Part shown: piece by piece, positions 36,942 through 45,457 of the stretch
How the letters are laid out: the number at the start of each line of letters is the position of its first letter
Numbering within the stretch: position 1 is the stretch's first letter
NCBI GenBank assembly: GCA_012521995.1
Contig: JAAYLH010000045.1
Span: forward strand, 4,138 to 68,137
Length of the DNA stretch: 64,000 nt
Direction of reading: 5' to 3'
DNA from: Bacteroidales bacterium
Lineage (GTDB): Bacteria > Bacteroidota > Bacteroidia > Bacteroidales > UBA7960
The notes under the pieces: model-generated
The model's input: the letters and a program-made list of their open reading frames with translations, nothing else
Told to the model about the DNA's origin: nothing
The model's database searches: none
Translations under genes and position numbers: made by a program

Positions 36942-38456
36942 ATGAAAAGCAAGTCCTTCTTCAATTACAGGCTCCTGGTATGGATGCTGCTCCTCATCGC
37001 CATGGTGATGGGTGGCGGATACCTGATCATCGCCTATATTTATAACCTGCAAAAGGATACCGAACAAAGAATTGACGCCGCCCGCCAAAGCGTCAACGTG
37101 GCCAAGGAGATGGAAATGGAGCTTGTCAGGCTCAGGGGCTTCACCTTCACCTACCTCGTTGACCCCACCCCTCAGTGGCTCGACTCGATTCATACCAGGG
37201 AGACCCGCTTTGTCATTTTACTCGAACGTGCCAGGTACAATGCCAATACCGAGGAAGAAAAGCAGGTAATCCAGCAGATATCAGGCCTGTTTTCCAATTA
37301 CAACCAAAGCATAATCCAGGCCCAGAAGCTGATAAAGAGATGGCAAATCACCAAGGCCAATGCCTTGCTTGTTTATGCCGCCAAAGACTTGCTTAGCACC
37401 ATTCACGAAAAAAGCCGCCATTTCATCACCCTGAACATCCAGGCTGAAGAAAGCTATGAACTGAACATTGCACAGGCCAACAACATCATGCTTCGCACCA
37501 TGATCATCCTGGGATTTGGGGGCATTATGACAGGCTTGCTGCTGGGCTGGATCATCTCAAGGATGGTATTGAACCCCATCAACCAATTGATCCTGCAGGT
37601 CAGGGGCGCCTCAGGAGGCACCTATCTCGAAAAGCTGGAGGTGGCAGGACACGGTGACCTGGAAGAGCTGGACAACCGCATCCGCTCGCTCATCGAACGC
37701 ATCAACAAAACCCAGGAAGCCCTCGAAAAGAACCGCGAGCTGTTGCAGTACTCTAATAAATATGCTGTGTTGGGGAAAGTGGCCCCTACCCTTGCCCATG
37801 AGATTCGCAACCCCCTGGCGGCAATTAAGATGCTCATCTATTCCTTGAAGGAGGAAGAGGACAAGGAAAGTCCACTGCAACAGGATCTTGAGATTATCTC
37901 CAGTGAAATCGACCGTATGGAGGTTTTCATACGTAACTTCCTTAAATTTGCGCGTCCCGCCGATCCTGTTTTCGAAAAGACCAATCCCCTGGAAGTCCTC
38001 ATGGAAGTCACCCACCTCCTTATGCCCAAATTCAGGACCAACAAAGTCGCCCTCATTGACAACACCGAAGGGCACCAATATACGGTTAATGCCGATGCAA
38101 GCCAGTTAAAGCAATTGTTCATGAATCTGGTGATCAATGCCGTTGAGGCTATGCCTTCAGGCGGCTCGATGAGCCTGGACACAGCCTTACAGGAAGGTCC
38201 TGAAGTTCCCGAAGGAGAAAACGGCACCAAATACCTGGTGATCAGCATTGAGGATACAGGCCCGGGAATCCCCAAAAAAGTCCTTGACCACCTGTTCGAG
38301 CCCTTTATCAAAGGCAACGACCAGGGCGTGGGCCTGGGGCTTTCCATTTCACAAAACATTGCCAGCATGCATAAGGGCTGGATAGAAGCAAAAAACAAAC
38401 CCGCGAAGGAAGGGGCCGTGTTTTCCGTGGTCCTGCCCCTGGCTCCTGAGGATTAA
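36942..38456 (+). CDS. Membrane sensor histidine kinase (helical periplasmic sensor; NtrB/AtoS-like)
   Basis: Two TM helices; LAHEIRNPL, QLFMNLVINA, DTGPGI, FEPF, GLGLSI. Confidence 0.92.
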   Translation: MKSKSFFNYRLLVWMLLLIAMVMGGGYLIIAYIYNLQKDTEQRIDAARQSVNVAKEMEMELVRLRGFTFTYLVDPTPQWLDSIHTRETRFVILLERARYNANTEEEKQVIQQISGLFSNYNQSIIQAQKLIKRWQITKANALLVYAAKDLLSTIHEKSRHFITLNIQAEESYELNIAQANNIMLRTMIILGFGGIMTGLLLGWIISRMVLNPINQLILQVRGASGGTYLEKLEVAGHGDLEELDNRIRSLIERINKTQEALEKNRELLQYSNKYAVLGKVAPTLAHEIRNPLAAIKMLIYSLKEEEDKESPLQQDLEIISSEIDRMEVFIRNFLKFARPADPVFEKTNPLEVLMEVTHLLMPKFRTNKVALIDNTEGHQYTVNADASQLKQLFMNLVINAVEAMPSGGSMSLDTALQEGPEVPEGENGTKYLVISIEDTGPGIPKKVLDHLFEPFIKGNDQGVGLGLSISQNIASMHKGWIEAKNKPAKEGAVFSVVLPLAPED

Positions 38457-38467
38457 TACTTTGGTGT

Positions 38468-39889
38468 ATGTATAAGATTTTGATTGTTGATGATGAAAGC
38501 AGCGTGAGGTATTCCTTTCGGAAGCTCCTGGCAGGCTCACGCTATGTTTTGTCGGAAGCAGAAAACTATGAAGTGGGAATAAAGGTTTTTGGCGAGCTGA
38601 AACCCGACCTGGCCATTGTCGACATTGAAATGCCCGGCAAAAGCGGCCTGGAGTTGCTGCAATCTTTCAAAGAAATGGCTCCGCACACCCCCGTGATCGT
38701 CATCACTGCTTTCGGCTCCGGCGACAGAGTGATCAAAGCCATGAAATACGGCGCCTACGAATATATCGAGAAACCTTTTGAAATACCCCAGCTCATTTCC
38801 CTTATAGAGGAAGCCCTGAAAACCACCCAGGCCATCCCTGTCGATGAGATCACCGTTTCGCCTGCCAATCCTAAAAAAAAGCGCTTCTCACACCGTGAGG
38901 ACGACAAGATCATTGGCGAAAGCTCCGCCATCAAGGAAGTGTACAAACTGATCGGAAGGGTGGCCGCCAGCGATGCCAGCATCCTGGTCACAGGCGAAAG
39001 CGGCACAGGAAAAGAACTGGTAGCCAGGGCTATTCACTCATATAGCGAGCGCTCTTCCAAGCCTTTCATTACCCTGAACTGCGCTGCCATCCCCGAGACC
39101 CTGCTCGAAAGCGAGCTCTTTGGCTATGACAAGGGAGCTTTTACAGGCGCGAATAAAGATAAGCCCGGCAAATTTGAAGAAGCCAATGGGGGCACCCTGT
39201 TCCTGGATGAAATTGGCGACATGGGGCTGGCAATACAGGCAAAGCTTCTCAGGATGCTGCAGGAAGGCAGTTTTGAACGACTGGGAAGCCTCCGAACCCA
39301 GTATGCCAATGTCAGGATCATTACGGCCACCAACGCCAACCTGGAAGCCCTGATACAAAAGAAGATATTTCGTGAAGACCTGTATTACCGCATCCGCGTG
39401 GTGACCATTGCCTTGCCGCCCCTGCGCCTGCGCAAAGAAGACATTCCCCTCCTGGCCAAACATTTCCTGAAAAAACATACCCACGAAACCAGGCTTGAAA
39501 ATATCACAATCCATCCTGAAGCCCTTGAAAAAATGATGGATTACCCCTGGCCGGGCAACATCAGGGAACTTGAAAACACGATCAAACGGGCCATGATCCT
39601 CGCCAAGGGAAACGTCATCACCGCTGAACTCCTCAGCAAGGAATTTATGCCTCCTGTAGTCCTTCCAACACAGCTCGAAGAAGGGCTCAATCATTACCTG
39701 AAGGACGAGTTTATCCCCCGTGAAGGAGCAATTTTTGAACTCGTCATTAGCTCGGTTGAAAAAGACATCATCAGCTGGGCTCTTGAAAAAACAGGATGGA
39801 ACCGCGCCGCTGCAGCCAGGTTGCTGGGAATCTCCAGGGTAATGATTCACGAACGCATGGAAAAATACGGCCTTGAGAAAAAGCAATAA
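38468..39889 (+). CDS. Sigma54-dependent response regulator (NtrC/AtoC family)
   Basis: Receiver (VDDE, DIEMP, KPF), GESGTGKE, GAFTGA, LFLDEIGD, WPGNIREL, Fis-type HTH. Confidence 0.95.
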   Translation: MYKILIVDDESSVRYSFRKLLAGSRYVLSEAENYEVGIKVFGELKPDLAIVDIEMPGKSGLELLQSFKEMAPHTPVIVITAFGSGDRVIKAMKYGAYEYIEKPFEIPQLISLIEEALKTTQAIPVDEITVSPANPKKKRFSHREDDKIIGESSAIKEVYKLIGRVAASDASILVTGESGTGKELVARAIHSYSERSSKPFITLNCAAIPETLLESELFGYDKGAFTGANKDKPGKFEEANGGTLFLDEIGDMGLAIQAKLLRMLQEGSFERLGSLRTQYANVRIITATNANLEALIQKKIFREDLYYRIRVVTIALPPLRLRKEDIPLLAKHFLKKHTHETRLENITIHPEALEKMMDYPWPGNIRELENTIKRAMILAKGNVITAELLSKEFMPPVVLPTQLEEGLNHYLKDEFIPREGAIFELVISSVEKDIISWALEKTGWNRAAAARLLGISRVMIHERMEKYGLEKKQ

Positions 39890-39938
39890 AGCCCTTTTCT
39901 CCTTTTTAAAAACCCTTTTATGGATAATTTCTTTACCG

Positions 39939-39959
39939 GGTGTAAAAAAACTTTACACC
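39939..39959. promoter_or_regulatory. Candidate enhancer (UAS) for the sigma54 activator
   Basis: ggtgtaaa-N5-tttacacc, containing TGT-N11-ACA, ~145 bp upstream of the -24 box. Confidence 0.55.
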
Positions 39960-40102
39960 TGCTTAATACCCTGCCCTTTCATTAAAACCTCCTAAAAACA
40001 AGGCTCCGGCTAAGCTTTTACCCCCAATTTCCGTATTCTGATCATAAGTAAAGAAAACAGCTCATTTTCATAAAAAACACATCTTCACTTCTTTATAAAG
40101 AG

Positions 40103-40118
40103 TGGCACGGACATTGAT
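40103..40118 (+). promoter_or_regulatory. Sigma54 -24/-12 promoter
   Basis: TGGCACG-GACA-TTGAT: perfect -24 box and correct spacing, with -12 GA instead of the consensus GC. Confidence 0.65.
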
Positions 40119-40176
40119 AATGTAAGGCATCTGCAAAAGCAGAAAAAATAAGAAACAACACAACCTTTAAAATCCA

Positions 40177-40761
40177 ATGAAAATGAAAAAAATGATGTTG
40201 GGCTTTGCCACCCTGATTATGGCAGTAGTAATGATTTCATGCAACAAAGTTCCCCAGCTTGCTATTGACAACGCAACAGCCGCTGTTGAAGCCCTGAAAA
40301 CGGTTGAAGCCGATCGTTATCTTGCTTCAGAATTTACAGCAATCAACGATTCACTGACCACTGTTATGGCAGCTATTGAGGCCGAAAAAACCGGCGCCAA
40401 GAATTTCAAGCCCCTGACTGAGAAACTGGAATGGATTGCCACCACTGCCGAAACCATGAAGGCTGATGCTGAAACCCGTAAGGCTGAAGTACGCACCGAG
40501 GTTGAGAACGTTCTTGCAGGTCTGACCACCATGGTTGGCCAGGAGAAAGACCTCCTTGGAAAAGTGAACATCAACAACCGCAACCGCACTGCTATTGAAA
40601 CCATTCAGAACGAAATCACCGTGCTCGAATCAGCCGTTAGCGAAGTAAATACCCTTGTTAGCAATGGCGACTACCTCACCGCCCTCGAAAAAGTCAATGT
40701 AGCTCAAATCAAAGCCACTTCCATCCACAACGATCTTATGGCATTCGCACCTGCCAACTAA
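40177..40761 (+). CDS. All-helical lipoprotein (DUF4398-like)
   Basis: Lipobox VMISC; A/E/K-rich amphipathic helices. Confidence 0.7.
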   Translation: MKMKKMMLGFATLIMAVVMISCNKVPQLAIDNATAAVEALKTVEADRYLASEFTAINDSLTTVMAAIEAEKTGAKNFKPLTEKLEWIATTAETMKADAETRKAEVRTEVENVLAGLTTMVGQEKDLLGKVNINNRNRTAIETIQNEITVLESAVSEVNTLVSNGDYLTALEKVNVAQIKATSIHNDLMAFAPAN

Positions 40762-40797
40762 TTTGTTTACCAGGGGTGTTGTTTCACCCCCCCTCGC

Positions 40798-40834
40798 AAA
40801 AGACCCGGTCCGTTTGGGCCAGGGTCTTTTTTTT
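40798..40834 (+). terminator. Intrinsic terminator
   Basis: aaaagaccc / gggtctttt stem plus T-tract. Confidence 0.75.
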
Positions 40835-40904
40835 GCCTTACCTCTATAATTTGTGTCAGGAAATTCCGGTAATTTGGTATTTTTATTCAATAAATTTAAG
40901 GCTT

Positions 40905-41363
40905 ATGAAACCCTGGTTCCTTTCCATCCTCCTGCTTACGCTAAGTTTTTCCTGTACCACGCAAACCGGCGAATCCACCTACGATGCCGAACTGGCCCAA
41001 AAACTGGGCGCTGATGAAATGGGCATGAAAAGCTACACCCTCGTGATTCTGAAAACCGGCCCTTCCATCGTTGAAGACAAAGCCCTGCGCGACAGCCTGT
41101 TTGCCGGGCATTTCTCAAACATGAACATCATGTCGGAAGCAGGGAAATTGATCCTTGCCGGCCCCCTTTCCCAAAACAAACAAAACTACCGGGGTATCTT
41201 CATCCTCAACACCACCTCTGAGGAAGAAGTCAGGGAACTGCTCAGCGCTGACCCCACCATTGCCAAGGGGATCTTTGAAGTGGAACTCTTTACCTGGTAC
41301 GGCTCTGCTGCATTGCCCGAATACCTTGTAGCACACGAAAAAATCCAAAGAACAGGCTTATAA
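40905..41363 (+). CDS. YciI-like lipoprotein
   Basis: Lipobox SFSC; YTLVILKTG, FAGHF.NM, GKLILAGP, RGIFIL, ADP.I. The start is taken at ATG 40905. Confidence 0.8.
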   Translation: MKPWFLSILLLTLSFSCTTQTGESTYDAELAQKLGADEMGMKSYTLVILKTGPSIVEDKALRDSLFAGHFSNMNIMSEAGKLILAGPLSQNKQNYRGIFILNTTSEEEVRELLSADPTIAKGIFEVELFTWYGSAALPEYLVAHEKIQRTGL

Positions 41364-41536
41364 ACCCGCCAGTTTAGCAATTCTTCACCCTATTGACCAA
41401 TACTTTCAGCCGGTTAAAGTATTGAATGGTTCCTGCTATTGGCTGTTGGTTCTAATCCTGAAGGTATTAGACCAAAATTCTGGCAAACAGTGCTTACTCC
41501 ATTTATCAGGAGCTACAAAATTCTTAGTTAATACGG

Positions 41537-41586
41537 AGTTTATACGGAGTTTATACGCTTTAAAGCGTATAAACTCCGTATAAACT
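41537..41586. repeat. Perfect 50-bp palindrome built from 11-bp units gtttatacgga
   Basis: Checked base by base: 25-bp arms with no loop; tandem atacggagttt x2 at 41531-41552. Confidence 0.9.
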
Positions 41587-41699
41587 ATGACTCAAATTCA
41601 AATTAAGTCCGGGTTTCATATCCGGAATATTCCAAAAAGGAACTTTTCTTGGAAGCTTTTGCCCAGAATATGCTCTTGTAAAAGAGAAGGAAAGAATGA

Positions 41700-42797
41700 T
41701 CAGGCAGGAAAGGGGTGATATTCCCTTCCAAGGCGTTTCAGGGTGTGCAGGTGGGCACGCATGGCCTCGCCGAAGGTTTCATACACTTTGTAAGGGATAT
41801 TAAACTCTCGGGTGGTGGCTTCTACTATTTTGGCGATGGCAGGGTAATGAACGTGGCAAACCTTGGGATACAGGTGATGCTCGATCTGGAAGTTAAGCCC
41901 CCCCACATACCACGAGATCAGTTTGTTTCCCTTTGAGAAGTCGGCAGTTGATTTGAGCTGATGAACGATCAGCGAGTCGTGAATGCGTCCATTCCCGTCG
42001 GGGACAGCCTGTACTGTGCCTTCCACCACATGGGCCATCTGGAAGATAATGCTCATAATGGTGCCTGCCACCAGGTGCATCAGCAGAAATCCCAGCAGGA
42101 CCTGCCACCAGAGTAAGCCGGTGAGGATGATTGGCAAACCAATGATGATCCCGAAGTATAAAATTTTTGAAAGCACAAGCCAGGCCATTGACCGCCTGAA
42201 TGCCTGCACCGAAATATTGGTCAGGCCCCGCTTGCGGTTGCTGATGCGTTTTGAGATATCGCCAAACATCATCGAGAGCGTCATCAGGGCATAGAAGAAC
42301 CAGGCATAGAGGTATTGAAATCGGTGGTATCCCTTCAGGGGGGCGCTAAAGGCAAACCTCAGGATTACCCGGCTGTTGATGTCCTCGTCCTTGCCATAAA
42401 TGTTTGTAAACACGTGATGGAGCTTGTTGTGCTTAATTTTCCAGTTGTAGGCATCGGCGCCCAGCAGGTTCATTGTCAACCCCATCAGGCGGTTTATCTT
42501 ATGGCTTTCAGAATACCCGTAATGATTGCCGTCGTGCATCACCGACATTCCCACTCCGGCAACGCCTATGCCCATCACCAGGTAAAGCACCAGCACGAGC
42601 CAATAAGGCATTGGCAGGCTGAGTATGAGGATAAAGGGAAGGATATAAAGCGATAGCATCACGATGGTCTTGACCACCATGGCCTTGTTGTGTTTTTTCG
42701 ACAGGCCTGTTTGGGTAAAATATTCGTTGACGCGCTGGTGAAGCGTCTTCTTAAACTCATTGTCGCGCTGTCGGGCAAAGCTTACTACCTTTTCCAT
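41700..42797 (-). CDS. Membrane fatty-acid (acyl-CoA/acyl-lipid) desaturase
   Basis: Three His boxes: HDGNH, HNKLHH, QIEHH. Confidence 0.9.
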   Translation of the reverse strand: MEKVVSFARQRDNEFKKTLHQRVNEYFTQTGLSKKHNKAMVVKTIVMLSLYILPFILILSLPMPYWLVLVLYLVMGIGVAGVGMSVMHDGNHYGYSESHKINRLMGLTMNLLGADAYNWKIKHNKLHHVFTNIYGKDEDINSRVILRFAFSAPLKGYHRFQYLYAWFFYALMTLSMMFGDISKRISNRKRGLTNISVQAFRRSMAWLVLSKILYFGIIIGLPIILTGLLWWQVLLGFLLMHLVAGTIMSIIFQMAHVVEGTVQAVPDGNGRIHDSLIVHQLKSTADFSKGNKLISWYVGGLNFQIEHHLYPKVCHVHYPAIAKIVEATTREFNIPYKVYETFGEAMRAHLHTLKRLGREYHPFPA

Positions 42798-43065
42798 GGG
42801 ACCGGATTAAAATGCCTTTGGCTTTTCCTTGCAGGGAAAAGGGCCGCAGGCTTAATGATCATATAAAATTACTACTTATTTGGAAGGCATAAAAATCCAA
42901 TCAATAAAATAATTACAGACTCCCGGGCTTGGGCAGCATTTTCAGATATCCTGAAAGACAAAGAATCATGCTTATCCGATTATTTTAAATATTTTTTAAA
43001 AACACCCATCCGTTATTTCTTTATTTGGTCATACATTTGTTTGTTGATTTCCAGAAAACAAGAAA

Positions 43066-44580
43066 ATGAATCATGAAAACACCTCAGAATCTGTCATCAT
43101 TATAGGTGCAGGTTTTGCCGGTTTGGCAGCCGGGATTTATGCCCAAATGAACGGATATAAAACAGAGATCTTTGAGTTGCACGATCAGCCCGGAGGCCTG
43201 TGCACGGCCTGGAAACGGAAAGGCTATACTATAGATGCCTGCATCCACTGGCTGGTGGGCTCTTCGCCCCGGAGCGCGATCCACGATATGTGGGACGAGG
43301 TTGGCATTGCCCGGGAGCTTGACATCATCAACCTGGAGGAATACCTCCGGGTGAAAGGGACAGACGGACGCACGCTTATTTTTTATTCGGACCTCGACCG
43401 CCTGGAGCAAAGCCTGCTCGCTTTTTCGCCCCGGGATGAAAAACCCATCCGTGACTTCATCCGCGGGGTCAGGATGTGCTTCCCCTTTGAACAGCCCTCC
43501 AGGAACAGCCCTGCCCGAAAAAAACTGTCGGTGGGCCTCCGGCTGATGTGGACCTTGATGACAAAAGGCCCTGCCATGAAACGATGGCTTAATACAAGCG
43601 CAGCTGATTTTTCAGCCCGTTTTAAGGACCCCCTCTTGCGGGAAGCCTTTACGCAATTGTGGATCCCCGAGTTTTCAATGTTCTTTCTCCAGTTCACCTT
43701 TTCCTGGCTCCACAACAAGAATGCAGGCTATCCCCTTGGCGGATCAATGCCCATGTCGCGGGCCCTTGAGCGAAGGTACCTTGCGCTGGGAGGCAGCATT
43801 CATTATAAACAGCAGGTGGAAAAAATCCTCACCGCCGGTAACCGGGCCACGGGCATCCGTTTGACAAACGGCGAAGAACACCTTGCCGACAAAGTCATTT
43901 CGGCTGCCGATGGCTATACCACCCTGTACAAGATGCTGGAAGGGAAATTTGGCAAGGAGGAGACCTTCAGGCCCTATAAGGAATGGAAACCCTTCAGTGG
44001 CTTACTGGTGGTGGCCCTGGGAATCAAAAACCCGTTTGAAAATGAACCCAGGACTGTTTCAGGGATAGTGTTCAAGTTAAATGAGAAGGTAAGGGTGGCT
44101 GATGCCGATATTGAATGGCTGCCCGTTCATTACTACAACCACGACCCCTCAATGGCTCCTGAAGGAAAAACAATTCTGACGGTGATGCTTTCAAGCGACT
44201 ACGATTTCTGGAAAGCCCTTGACGCAGAATCGTACAAAAAAGAGAAGGCAGACGCTGCACAAAAAATCATTGAAATCCTCGACCTGCACTATCCTGGGCT
44301 GGCATCACAACTGGAGATGGTTGATGTAGCTACACCCCTGACGTTTGAGCGCTATACAGGCAACTGGAAGGGCAGTTTTGAAGGTTGGATGCTCACCCCT
44401 TCCAATTCATCCTACGCCATGAAGAAGATGCCCCAGCAGATCCCCGGCCTTAATAACTGCTATATGTGCGGACAATGGGTGGAGCCGGGGGGAGGCCTGC
44501 CCACATCGGTCCTTTCAGGAAAACGCCTTGTAAAAATCCTTTGCAGATCGGACAGGAAAAAGTTCAAAGTCACTTGTTGA
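43066..44580 (+). CDS. Phytoene-dehydrogenase-like FAD-dependent oxidoreductase
   Basis: IIGAGFAGL, E....PGGLC..W.RKGY..D, VATPLTFERYT, YMCGQW..PGGGLP; TACATTTG at 43032-43039. Confidence 0.85.
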   Translation: MNHENTSESVIIIGAGFAGLAAGIYAQMNGYKTEIFELHDQPGGLCTAWKRKGYTIDACIHWLVGSSPRSAIHDMWDEVGIARELDIINLEEYLRVKGTDGRTLIFYSDLDRLEQSLLAFSPRDEKPIRDFIRGVRMCFPFEQPSRNSPARKKLSVGLRLMWTLMTKGPAMKRWLNTSAADFSARFKDPLLREAFTQLWIPEFSMFFLQFTFSWLHNKNAGYPLGGSMPMSRALERRYLALGGSIHYKQQVEKILTAGNRATGIRLTNGEEHLADKVISAADGYTTLYKMLEGKFGKEETFRPYKEWKPFSGLLVVALGIKNPFENEPRTVSGIVFKLNEKVRVADADIEWLPVHYYNHDPSMAPEGKTILTVMLSSDYDFWKALDAESYKKEKADAAQKIIEILDLHYPGLASQLEMVDVATPLTFERYTGNWKGSFEGWMLTPSNSSYAMKKMPQQIPGLNNCYMCGQWVEPGGGLPTSVLSGKRLVKILCRSDRKKFKVTC

Positions 44581-44600
44581 CATCCAAACCACATTATCCC

Positions 44601-45029
44601 ATGAAAACAATAAAATCCGCCGCGAACCGGAAGATCATCCGCTACATGACGGGAGGGCTGCTTGCATTCCTTGCTTTGAATGCTTTTGGTGGGGGCTATT
44701 ACGCGATGGCAGGGGCAGATGGAGTCCCCCTTGAATTGCTCGAAGGAAGTCCTTTTAAAAGCTATTTCATCCCGGGGCTCTTTCTTTTTGTGGTTTTGGG
44801 AGGCAGTTTCCTGTTTGCCGCCATTGCCATGTTTGCCGGCCTAAGGACTGCCCCCAGGGCTTCCTTCTTCGCTGCCCTGCTGGTGCTGCTTTGGCTGATC
44901 GTCCAGGTGTCCATCATTGGCTTTATCTCGTGGATGCAGCCGGTGACAGCAGCACTTGCCCTAATTATCCTGCTGCTGACCCGGATCCGGACCGGGAAAA
45001 CCGCGGGTGCTGCGCTCCAACAACCATAG
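44601..45029 (+). CDS. Hypothetical four-helix membrane protein
   Basis: Four hydrophobic segments with GSPFKSYFIPGLFLFVVLG. The start is taken at ATG 44601. Confidence 0.65.
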   Translation: MKTIKSAANRKIIRYMTGGLLAFLALNAFGGGYYAMAGADGVPLELLEGSPFKSYFIPGLFLFVVLGGSFLFAAIAMFAGLRTAPRASFFAALLVLLWLIVQVSIIGFISWMQPVTAALALIILLLTRIRTGKTAGAALQQP

Positions 45030-45055
45030 GAACGCAAGCTTTTAAGTGTTAAAAT

Positions 45056-45104
45056 AAAAAAGCCCGTGGAACATGCTGTTCAGGCATTGTCCACGGGCTG
45101 TTTT
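45056..45104. terminator. Bidirectional intrinsic terminator
   Basis: agcccgtgga / tccacgggct stem flanked by A- and T-tracts, between convergent genes. Confidence 0.75.
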
Positions 45105-45158
45105 CTAAAATCAGAGACCGGTCTTTACCCCTAAAGGGAAAAAGTATTGGATTATTGT

Positions 45159-45452
45159 TTAATATTGCTTCTCAACGTTCATGACGAAGGCACGGATGCC
45201 CACTTCCTTGTTCACCTCATCCAGCTTACGTATGGCTTCCAGGAGGGGATCGACTTTTTCATCGGGGATGATTGTCAGGGCAGAGGAATTGAGCTCAGGC
45301 CAGGTATGGGTTCCCATGCGGGGTTCACCAGACTCGGAGCCGCGTCCGCTTACTTCATTCCACCAGCTAAACCCCCTGATTTCTAAACGGTCGAAGATAA
45401 ACGCTACCCTTTCGCTGTGGGCCTGGTTGAACATGATCATTACTGCTTTCAT
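45159..45452 (-). CDS. PII/GlnB-fold-like transporter-associated protein (PG0541 type)
   Basis: 97 aa, 5 nt after the RND permease; RGFSWW..V.GRGS..GEPRMGTHTWPELN. Confidence 0.75.
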   Translation of the reverse strand: MKAVMIMFNQAHSERVAFIFDRLEIRGFSWWNEVSGRGSESGEPRMGTHTWPELNSSALTIIPDEKVDPLLEAIRKLDEVNKEVGIRAFVMNVEKQY

Positions 45453-45457
45453 AGAAC

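Noticed and set aside
33614-44580. Carotenoid biosynthesis cluster (CrtA-like, TspO-like, desaturase, phytoene-dehydrogenase-like)
   Set aside because: The genes are scattered over 11 kb in different transcription units. No crtE/crtB/crtY is present, and each family has many non-carotenoid members.
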